From: Candidatus Diapherotrites archaeon CG10_big_fil_rev_8_21_14_0_10_31_34
GTDB taxonomy: Archaea > Iainarchaeota > Iainarchaeia > Iainarchaeales > 1-14-0-10-31-34
Assembly (NCBI GenBank): GCA_002763225.1
Contig: PFAI01000059.1
Coordinates: forward strand, 1-14,868
DNA length: 14,868 nt
Reading direction: 5' to 3'
Position numbers and translations under genes: made by a program. The notes below the pieces were generated by a model. The model saw only the letters and a program-made list of their open reading frames with translations, ran no database searches and had not been told where the DNA came from. How positions within the stretch are numbered: position 1 is the first letter of the stretch; every line of letters starts with the position of its first letter. Of this stretch, positions 8,006-14,868 are shown one piece after another.

Positions 8006-8141
8006 TTTCTTCCTCCAAAAAAAATCTAATTTAATGCCGGCAAAAAATTAGTTTATTTTTCGCTTTTTCTTTCACAAGAAAAAAATTAGCCTTCAAAAAT
8101 TATTTAAATAAACCGTTTGGATAACTTCTGGTTTTATTCTT

Positions 8142-8585
8142 TTAGGTTTTCTTGTTTTTGTTTATTCCGGCTGAAAATGATTCAATTTCTTCAAAGAGTT
8201 TTTCTGCGTCTTTTATTGCTTCCAATGAATCTTCTTTTGTACAGCCTGCCCCAATGTATTGTATTGCGTGCCTTGTAATCCTGTATGAATCCATTGTTTG
8301 CAGCAATTCTTTTAGCTTAACTTTTTCTTTATAGATTTCTTTTACTGCTGAAATCATTGCTGAATGGCTTCTTTCTTTTAAATTGTTTTTGAATAACAAT
8401 GTTCTGGCTGAATGAAACATTGACTGATAGGCAAGGCTGAAAGCAACATCAAAGAATTCTATTTTCTGGTTTCCTTTTGCTTTTTCAATGAATTTTTCTG
8501 CAATTGCCAGTGAACCAGAAACTTCTTGTTCGCTTGATTTGCTTTTAATCAGTAATCCTTTTTCAATCAATGAACTTATTTTCAT
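8142..8585 (-). CDS. HEPN domain protein (COG1895/UPF0332-like)
   Basis: AYQSMFHSARTLL...RSH...RHAIQY pattern. Start taken as ATG 8585, which forms an ATGA overlap with the MNT stop. Confidence 0.85.
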   Translation of the reverse strand: MKISSLIEKGLLIKSKSSEQEVSGSLAIAEKFIEKAKGNQKIEFFDVAFSLAYQSMFHSARTLLFKNNLKERSHSAMISAVKEIYKEKVKLKELLQTMDSYRITRHAIQYIGAGCTKEDSLEAIKDAEKLFEEIESFSAGINKNKKT

Positions 8586-9121
8586 ATTAATTCCCCTATC
8601 AGAAAAACATTGTTTTTTGATACAGCCAAACCAAAATCTTCTTTTGACTGCTTTCTCCATTCAGCTAAAGTAAAAACCTGGATTCTGGCTTCTTTTGAAG
8701 TTTTTTCTTCTATTTTTTTTATTGAGTTCAGCTTAATTTTTTTGGTTTGGCTTATTGCAATCAAATCAATATCGCTTTTTTTGTCAAAAGTTCCTTTTGC
8801 ATGGCTTCCATACAAAACCAAAGAACTTGCAAAAGGATTTTCTTTCCGGAATTCTTCAATAAAAGGCATTATTATTGAAAGAAAAAAAGTTTTTTTTAAT
8901 TCAAGAGTTAAAGGGGTTTCTTTCAGCGAATAACTTAACACATTAGCAGTTTTTTCTTTTTCTAAAACTCCTTGTTTTTCGTATTCCAAAAGGTATTTTT
9001 GGGCTGTACCAGAACTCACTTGCAGTTTTTTTGCAAGCCCTTTTACATGTATTTTCTGGTTATACTCCAAAAAAAACTCTAATATTTTCCATCCCCTGAA
9101 CTTACTCCAGTTAAATAACAT
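8582..9121 (-). CDS. HTH plus minimal nucleotidyltransferase (MntA-like antitoxin)
   Basis: N-terminal winged HTH (HVKGLAKKLQVSSGTAQKYL); catalytic motif LYGSHAKG-x5-SDIDL. Confidence 0.9.
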   Translation of the reverse strand: MLFNWSKFRGWKILEFFLEYNQKIHVKGLAKKLQVSSGTAQKYLLEYEKQGVLEKEKTANVLSYSLKETPLTLELKKTFFLSIIMPFIEEFRKENPFASSLVLYGSHAKGTFDKKSDIDLIAISQTKKIKLNSIKKIEEKTSKEARIQVFTLAEWRKQSKEDFGLAVSKNNVFLIGELI

Positions 9122-9136
9122 AATAAAATAAACTAT

Positions 9137-9164
9137 CGTTCAATATATAAAACGAACGTTTTAT
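9137..9164 (-). promoter_or_regulatory. TATA box and overlapping palindromic operator candidate of MNT-HEPN operon
   Basis: TTTATATA (9151-9144) ends 22 nt before ATG 9121; perfect inverted repeat ATAAAACG-AA-CGTTTTAT at 9147-9164. Confidence 0.6.
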
Positions 9165-9285
9165 GGGCTTTTTGCAGAAAGGTGTTTTGATGATAAAAAA
9201 TCAGGTAATAATCATCTATTGCTTTTCTTTCCTGTGCTTTTTTTTTCTGCAAAACTTTTTTTAATTGATGTGCCTTTTTATAATT

Positions 9286-9987
9286 ATGGCTGAAGCAGTT
9301 ATCAAGGCAGTTAATGTAGTTAAAACTTATAATATGGGTTTAGTGCAGGTTCATGCATTAAGCGGAGTCAGCTTTGATTTATTGAAAGGCGAGTTTGTTT
9401 CTATTATGGGGCCTTCTGGAAGCGGAAAAACAACTTTATTGGATGTGTTAAGTGTTTTGTCAAGGCCTACTTCAGGAGAAGTTTTTATTAATAAAAAACC
9501 GATTTCTAAAATGGATGATAATGAGTTAGCTAAAATTCGAGGACAGACAATTGGTTTTGTTTTTCAGACATTTAATTTAATTAACAGATTAAGTGCAAAA
9601 GAAAATGTTATGATGCCTTTATGGTTTCAGGGAGTGCCGAAAGGAGAAAGAGAAAAAATTGCTGAAAAAATTCTGAAAGATGTTGGTTTAGGTGACAGAA
9701 TTAATCACAAGCCAAGCGAGCTTTCCGGAGGGCAAAGACAGAGAGTTGCAATTGCAAGAGCTTTAGCTGTTAATCCTGATATTATTGTTGCTGATGAGCC
9801 AACAGGAAACCTTGATTCTGTTTCAGGAGACCAGATAATGGATTTGATTGTTGATTTGAATAAAAAGCACGGAAAAACTATTTTGATGGTTACTCATGAA
9901 GAAGATATTGCTGCTAATGCAGAAAGAATTGTCAGGTTAAAAGACGGAAAAATAATTGCTGATGAAAAAGTAAAAAAGAAAAAGTAA
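9286..9987 (+). CDS. ABC transporter ATP-binding protein (LolD/MacB/SalX family)
   Basis: Walker A GPSGSGKTT, GFVFQ, LSGGQRQRVAIARAL, ADEPTGNLD and VTHE. ATG 9286 preferred over TTG 9265. Confidence 0.96.
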   Translation: MAEAVIKAVNVVKTYNMGLVQVHALSGVSFDLLKGEFVSIMGPSGSGKTTLLDVLSVLSRPTSGEVFINKKPISKMDDNELAKIRGQTIGFVFQTFNLINRLSAKENVMMPLWFQGVPKGEREKIAEKILKDVGLGDRINHKPSELSGGQRQRVAIARALAVNPDIIVADEPTGNLDSVSGDQIMDLIVDLNKKHGKTILMVTHEEDIAANAERIVRLKDGKIIADEKVKKKK

Positions 9988-10228
9988 AAAAAACAAGGAA
10001 AAAAACAAGGAAAAAAAATAACTAATAAAATAATTAATAAACTAATTAAAAAAACAAATAAAAAACAAATGAGGTGTAAATGAAAAAATAAAAAAGAAAA
10101 ATCAAGGAATAGCTTAAAAATAATTAAAAAAAAGAAAACTAAATGGAGTAAAAATAAAAAGTAATTAATGAAATAAAATTAAGGAGTATTTATTAAATCT
10201 TTTGAGTTTAATTTAATGGGGTGTTTTA
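9988..10228 (+). repeat. A-rich low-complexity intergenic spacer with short degenerate repeats
   Basis: About 240 nt dominated by A runs; AAAAAAACAAGG twice and several AACTAAT/AATTAA variants. Confidence 0.7.
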
Positions 10229-11434
10229 ATGAAAAAGTTCGTATTTTTTTTGGCGGTTTTATTGTTTGCTGCAACGGTTAATGCAGTTAATCTGGATATT
10301 AATTCTGTTACTTATTCACCTTCCCCTGGCGTGCCCGGACAGTATGTTGATTTATGGGTTGTAGTAAAAAACACCAGTGGAGCAGAATCAGGCAATGTTG
10401 ATTTTATTCTGGATTTAGATTATCCTTTTTCTTTGGATCCCGGAATTTTGGCTGAAAAAAACCTTGGAAAAATCAGGGGGAATGACAGCATTTTAGTTAA
10501 ATTAAAAGTCAGAATTGATTCAGAGGCATTAAATGGAACTTATACTGTCAGAATGAGAACAGTTGAAGAAGGAACTTCAAGCAAAAGCACTCCATATAAT
10601 ATTGATGTTAAAAGAATTTCTCCTCAGATTGAAATTATTTCAGCTGAACCGGTTGAGATTGCTTCGGGGCAGGTAACAGGAATTAATTTAAACCTGAAAA
10701 ACATTGGTTCAGGAAAAGCATTAGATGTTTTGGTTGGAAGCATTGAAGACAGAACTGTTACTTCAACCGGAGTAGTGGTTGAAAGAGAAATAAAACAATT
10801 AGGAAGCAGTTTTGTTTATTTAAATGAATTAACCCAAGGACAGGAAGAAACTGTTGTAATTATTTTAGGGGTTAATCCTGAAGCAGACCAGCAAACTTAT
10901 ATGATGCCGATTACAATCAAATTCAAGGACGAAGAATTAACTGAATATTCTTCAACAAAATACATTGGAATCAAAGTAACCCAGAACGCTGAAATGGATT
11001 CAGTTATAAGCGGTTATTCAGTAAAACCTTTTTCCGGCGGAACAACTGAAATAACTTTTGATTTGTTTAATGTTGGGGCAGGAGACGCAAAATCTCTTGT
11101 AGTAGAGCTTTCAACTGAAGCAGGGGTTTTTGATAACACAAAACAGTTCATTGGAACAATGAGTGCAGATGACTTTGATTCATTTAAAGCAGAAATAAAA
11201 TTAAATAATGATTTACAAAAAGGAGAATACCCGGTTACAGTTGCAATGAAATACAAAGACCAGTATGGTGCAGAAGAAATTGCCGTAAAAACTTTAATGC
11301 TGAAAGTTTATGACATTACTGAAATTTCAACTGAAGAATTCAATATCTGGTTTTACATTGTAGTTTTAATAGTATTATTCTTTGTTGGAAGGTTTTTGTA
11401 CAAAAAATTTATCAAAAAGAATAATATGAAGTGA
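10229..11434 (+). CDS. COG1361-type S-layer-domain protein (Ig-like repeats, signal peptide, C-terminal membrane anchor)
   Basis: Signal peptide; repeated beta-sandwich motifs (VVKNTS, LKNIGSGKA, LFNVGAGDA, GEYPV..KYKD); C-terminal TM helix with basic tail; SD GGGGTG; typical partner of archaeal MacB-type ABC systems. Confidence 0.8.
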   Translation: MKKFVFFLAVLLFAATVNAVNLDINSVTYSPSPGVPGQYVDLWVVVKNTSGAESGNVDFILDLDYPFSLDPGILAEKNLGKIRGNDSILVKLKVRIDSEALNGTYTVRMRTVEEGTSSKSTPYNIDVKRISPQIEIISAEPVEIASGQVTGINLNLKNIGSGKALDVLVGSIEDRTVTSTGVVVEREIKQLGSSFVYLNELTQGQEETVVIILGVNPEADQQTYMMPITIKFKDEELTEYSSTKYIGIKVTQNAEMDSVISGYSVKPFSGGTTEITFDLFNVGAGDAKSLVVELSTEAGVFDNTKQFIGTMSADDFDSFKAEIKLNNDLQKGEYPVTVAMKYKDQYGAEEIAVKTLMLKVYDITEISTEEFNIWFYIVVLIVLFFVGRFLYKKFIKKNNMK

Positions 11435-11446
11435 GGAAAGGTTTAG

Positions 11447-12640
11447 ATGGTTCTAGAAACCTTTTCTGTTGCTTTCAATAACATCAGAAACCAAAAGCTC
11501 AGAAGCTATTTAACTTTGCTTGGGATAGTAATTGGGATTGCTGCAATTGTTTCTTTAATTGGAATAGTTCAGGGTTTACAAAATTTTATTGGATCTGAAT
11601 TACAGTCTTTGGGAATGAATTCTATTTTTGTTGAGCCTGGTTCAGAGATGGGAATGACTACTGCTGTTTCTAGAAGCCTTAAAGCAGATGATTTGGATGT
11701 AATCAGAGGAGTTCCCGGAGTAAAAGATGCAACTGGTTTTTGGGAAACTTCTGCTACAATGAAATTCAAGGATCAGGAAGCAGAAGTTTTATTGGTTGGG
11801 ATGGAACCAGATAAAATGTTTATGTTAGAAGACATGGGGTATGTAGAGATTACTGAAGGAAGGGAATTCACTAATACTGATATGTTTTCTGTCGGGCTTT
11901 ACTCTGATTTTGCTGAAGAAACTTTTGATGACCCGATTCAGTTAAGGCAGACAGTTGAACTTAATGGCAAAAAATTTCGGGTTATTGCGATAAGCAAACC
12001 AAATACTTTTGCATCGTCTTTTGGTGCTTCAAACATGGTTTTAGTTACAAAAGATGTAGTACAAAAAAATTTTGATGAAGAAGACCCTGTAGAACTAATT
12101 GTTACTGTAAACAATACATCTGAAATAACTGATGTTCAGGAAGAAATTGAAAAAAGATTAGAGAAAAAGCATGGTTCAAAAGACTTTTATACAATGACTT
12201 CAGAGAATTTGCTTTCCGGAGCAGATGCAATTTTAGGTCTTGTGGGTTTGGTTGTTTTTGTTATTGCAGGAATTTCTCTTTTAGTTGGAGGAATCGGAAT
12301 AATGAATACAATGCTGATGACTGTAATGGAGAGAACAAGAGAAATTGGAATAATGAAAGCAATTGGTGCAAGCAGTAATCTTGTTTTGTCATTGTTTTTG
12401 TTTGAAGCAGGATTAATTGGATTGATTGGAGGAATTCTTGGAGTTGTAATTGGTGCTTTGATTGGATTGCTTGCTTCGGTTGCAGCATCTTATGAGGGTT
12501 TTCCGTTTTCAGCTTTGCCTTCAATGGAATTGATTGGAGGCGCATTAATTTTTTCTTTGGTTGTTGGAATGATTTCCGGCTGGATTCCTGCAAACAGAGC
12601 AGCAAAAATGGATCCAGTGGAGGCATTGAGATTCGAGTAG
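11447..12640 (+). CDS. ABC transporter permease (MacB/FtsX family), paralog 1
   Basis: KLRSYLTLLGIVIGIAA, GGIGIMNTMLMTVMERTREIGIMKAIGA and PANRAAKMDPVEALR motifs. Confidence 0.95.
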   Translation: MVLETFSVAFNNIRNQKLRSYLTLLGIVIGIAAIVSLIGIVQGLQNFIGSELQSLGMNSIFVEPGSEMGMTTAVSRSLKADDLDVIRGVPGVKDATGFWETSATMKFKDQEAEVLLVGMEPDKMFMLEDMGYVEITEGREFTNTDMFSVGLYSDFAEETFDDPIQLRQTVELNGKKFRVIAISKPNTFASSFGASNMVLVTKDVVQKNFDEEDPVELIVTVNNTSEITDVQEEIEKRLEKKHGSKDFYTMTSENLLSGADAILGLVGLVVFVIAGISLLVGGIGIMNTMLMTVMERTREIGIMKAIGASSNLVLSLFLFEAGLIGLIGGILGVVIGALIGLLASVAASYEGFPFSALPSMELIGGALIFSLVVGMISGWIPANRAAKMDPVEALRFE

Positions 12641-12643
12641 CCC

Positions 12644-12711
12644 TGCTCTTTTTCTCTTTTCCGAAAGAGAAAAAGTGCAAGTTGCAATTTAATTCCAAAG
12701 GAATTAAATGC
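12644..12711 (+). other. Two tandem stem-loops after permease 1
   Basis: CTTTTTCTCTTT-TCCG-AAAGAGAAAAAG (12648-12675, 12 bp perfect) and ATTTAATTCC-AAA-GGAATTAAAT (12687-12709, 10 bp perfect). Confidence 0.7.
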
Positions 12712-12743
12712 ACATTAAAATCAAAAAGATTTTAATAGTGCCC

Positions 12744-12987
12744 AAAAAGAGAAAAGGAACTAGAAAAAGAAAAAAAAAGCAAAAAAATTAAAAAAATTAA
12801 AAAACGGAAAAAAGAAAAGAAAGAAACTGGAAAAAAATGGTTTTGGAATAAAAAATTTTTTGGAGAAAAAAAATAAAAGAAAAAGCAAAAAAAGAAAAGA
12901 AAAAAATGGGAAAGAAAAAATAAATGAAAAAACAAAATAAAAGAAAAAATTAAAAAAAAGTTTGGAAGAAAAAAACAAAAAAACAAA
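12744..12987 (+). repeat. Extremely A/purine-rich low-complexity spacer
   Basis: About 245 nt of A runs separated by short G, T or C patches; AAAAAAATT tandem repeat and TTTGGA three times. Confidence 0.75.
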
Positions 12988-13001
12988 TTTGGTTGAATAA
13001 A

Positions 13002-14195
13002 ATGGATTTAGAATTGTTTTCAAGGGCAGTGGAAAACCTGAAAAGGCAAAAGCTCAGAAGCGTATTGACTTTGTTAGGAATAATTATTGGGATTGGTTCT
13101 GTTGTTGCATTGATTTCAATTGGAGATGGTTTTAATAAATCAGTTGAAAAAGAATTTGAAAAACTTGGTTCAAATACTTTAATTATTCTGCCTGGCTCGT
13201 CTTTGGTGGGTTCAGCTTTTGCTAAACTGGATGAAAAAGATGTTGATATAATTGAATCAGTCAGAGGAGTTGAATCTGCTACTCCGATTTATTTGTCTTC
13301 TGGCACAGTGAAATTTAAAGAAGAAGAAAAAACTGTATTGCTTTTAGGAATTGATACAAAAAAACAAGATTTATTAAAGAGTTTAGGGATTTTAGAAGTT
13401 GGAGAAGGAAGACTTTTAACTCAATCAGATAATTTAGCTGTTTTAGTTGGTTCAAGGTTTTCAGAAAACACTTTTGAATCAGAATTAAAACTAAAACAAA
13501 ATCTTTTGCTTGGAACTGACTCGCTTAAAATTGTCGGCATAACCAAGCCGGCAGGCCAGTCTTTTGGAGCAATGTTTGACGGGGCAATAGTAATGAATTA
13601 CAGGGCATTAGAAGATTCAACTGGACAAAAATTAACTCCTTTCAGAATTTTTGCTAAAGCAGTAAACAAAGACGAAGTATTAGAAGTAAAACAAAGAATT
13701 AAAGACAGGTTAAAACGAGCTCACGGAAAAGAAGATGTTCAGGTTATGACTGCATCCCAGATACAGGAAACAGCTTTAAGTGTTTTAGGCTTGATTCAGT
13801 TAGTATTAGTTTTTATTGCAGCAATTTCTCTTGTAGTCGGAGGCATTGGAATAATGAATACAATGCTGATGGCAGTATTAGAAAGAACAAAAGAAATTGG
13901 AATAATGAAAGCAATTGGTGCAACAAATACTACTGTATTATCGCTTTTTTTGTCTGAAGCAGGAATAATTGGATTGATTGGAGGAATAATAGGTTATCTT
14001 TTAGGTTTGACTATTGCTTTAATCGGAGGAATTGCAGCAAGTTCTTCCGGAATAGATTTGATAATTGAATTTGACCCAATGCTTTTGTTCGGTTCCCTTG
14101 CATTTGCTTTTGGAGTAGGAGTAATTTCAGGTTATATTCCTGCCCAGAGGGCAGCAAACATGGAGCCGGTTGAAGCTCTAAGGGATAAAGAGTGA
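13002..14195 (+). CDS. ABC transporter permease (MacB/FtsX family), paralog 2
   Basis: KLRSVLTLLGIIIGIGS, GGIGIMNTMLMAVLERTKEIGIMKAIGA and PAQRAANMEPVEALR motifs. ATG 13002 preferred over TTG 12993. Confidence 0.95.
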   Translation: MDLELFSRAVENLKRQKLRSVLTLLGIIIGIGSVVALISIGDGFNKSVEKEFEKLGSNTLIILPGSSLVGSAFAKLDEKDVDIIESVRGVESATPIYLSSGTVKFKEEEKTVLLLGIDTKKQDLLKSLGILEVGEGRLLTQSDNLAVLVGSRFSENTFESELKLKQNLLLGTDSLKIVGITKPAGQSFGAMFDGAIVMNYRALEDSTGQKLTPFRIFAKAVNKDEVLEVKQRIKDRLKRAHGKEDVQVMTASQIQETALSVLGLIQLVLVFIAAISLVVGGIGIMNTMLMAVLERTKEIGIMKAIGATNTTVLSLFLSEAGIIGLIGGIIGYLLGLTIALIGGIAASSSGIDLIIEFDPMLLFGSLAFAFGVGVISGYIPAQRAANMEPVEALRDKE

Positions 14196-14235
14196 CATAT
14201 TCCGTTTTAAATATTTTTTTATTATAATAATAACC

Positions 14236-14538
14236 ATGCTCAACAAGGTTCTGGAAACTGAAACTTTTTCTCATTTATTTAATACTCTTGAAAGAGAAGA
14301 AAAGGAATGGATTAAAAAAATAATCGGGCAGTTGCAAGAGGATTCTAATGTTGGAAAGCCATTGCGTTTTAAGTGGTTTAGAGAAAAAAAGTTTGGTGGG
14401 AAACGACTATACTATTTGATTTATGAAAAATCAGGCACAGTTCTTTTAGTCGCTTTTGGAGCAAAAAAAGAACAGCAAAAAATAATCAGCCATATTCTGC
14501 AAAATAAGGAAAGATACAAGAAAATTGTTGAAAATTAA
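14236..14538 (+). CDS. RelE/ParE-superfamily toxin-like protein
   Basis: 100 aa, basic, with RelE-like layout: N-terminal strand and helices, GKPL, REKK, RLYYLI, VLLVAFG. Own TATA TTTAAATA at 14206-14213. Confidence 0.65.
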   Translation: MLNKVLETETFSHLFNTLEREEKEWIKKIIGQLQEDSNVGKPLRFKWFREKKFGGKRLYYLIYEKSGTVLLVAFGAKKEQQKIISHILQNKERYKKIVEN

Positions 14539-14675
14539 TGCACAGCAGATTTTACTTTGCCTGACTCAATATCACGCAGACTTGCATCTAACTGAACTAA
14601 AACATCATCTGCAAAGTCTGCTTTTTTCTTTAAAGAAAAATATTCTTGCTTAGAAATAACCATTGTTTCAGCCAT
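14535..14675 (-). CDS. Small RelB-like antitoxin candidate (46 aa)
   Basis: Not in the ORF track: MAETMVISKQEYFSLKKKADFADDVLVQLDASLRDIESGKVKSAVH. The IS..EY..L and SL.DI..GKV patterns resemble RelB/Phd-type antitoxins. Own TATA TTTAAATA at 14705-14698. Confidence 0.7.
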   Translation of the reverse strand: MAETMVISKQEYFSLKKKADFADDVLVQLDASLRDIESGKVKSAVH

Positions 14676-14830
14676 AACAAAATAGTATTTGTTATATTAT
14701 TTAAAACAACTGGTCGGGGTTTAGTTATTATTAAATTTATAAATTATTTCAAGGGGGCTACATTAACTACTCATTTTTGGGTACCTTAACATTTTTAAGT
14801 AGAATTTTATTTGATTCTTATTGTGAGTAA

Positions 14831-14868
14831 ATGAAAATCGGAGTAGCTGACACAACTTTTTCCAGAGT
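14831..14868 (+). CDS. ribC: Archaeal riboflavin synthase, N-terminal fragment
   Basis: MKIGVADTTFSR matches the characteristic GIxDTTFARV N-terminus of archaeal RibC; only 12 codons are visible. Confidence 0.8.
   Translation, partial: MKIGVADTTFSR

Noticed and set aside
8586..8660. Longer HEPN start
   Set aside because: Lies within the MNT gene; ATG 8585 gives a standard ATGA overlap.
720..9164. Integrated provirus or island at the tRNA
   Set aside because: No integrase, no convincing att duplication downstream of the tRNA, and the flanking genes are housekeeping.
9988..12987. CRISPR array in the A-rich spacers
   Set aside because: No constant-length repeat with regular unique spacers, and no cas genes.
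12732..13023. Phe-rich minus-strand ORFs and a 17-aa Lys/Arg peptide (12738-12791, +)
   Set aside because: Expected by-products of the poly-A tract; no independent coding evidence.
2516..14274. Other antisense ORFs in the track (2516-2800, 2882-3112, 3272-3517, 3963-4175, 5484-5777, 6084-6281, 6699-7319, 8152-8334, 8488-8673, 8610-8933, 11014-11256, 11569-11769, 12261-12713, 12490-12687, 14011-14274)
   Set aside because: All lie opposite well-supported genes and have no recognisable motifs.
14706..14830. FMN riboswitch upstream of ribC
   Set aside because: None of the conserved RFN element motifs are visible; the region is short and AT-rich.

Overview
AT-rich archaeal chromosomal window. 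Archaeal origin is supported by a BHB-type tRNA intron, no encoded CCA, archaeal riboflavin synthase, a COG1361-type protein and TATA boxes before leaderless genes; a DPANN-type lineage is an inference. In order it holds: a partial type II pantothenate kinase-like gene; an intron-containing tRNA-Leu(TAG); a free-standing HTH/double-LAGLIDADG endonuclease ORF; a DUF47 gene frameshifted at an A9 run plus a PiT transporter; a RdgB/HAM1 NTPase; a predicted lipoprotein; an aminotransferase and ATP-PEPCK; an MNT-HEPN pair; a MacB/LolD-type ABC operon with two long A-rich spacers; a convergent RelE-like/RelB-like pair; and the first codons of ribC. The standout is the endonuclease ORF. It runs through the tRNA 5' exon and stops inside the tRNA intron. 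Removing the 34-nt intron removes that stop and extends the frame through the whole tRNA to a TGA overlapping the next gene's ATG. All family calls are by motif recognition; no database search was run.
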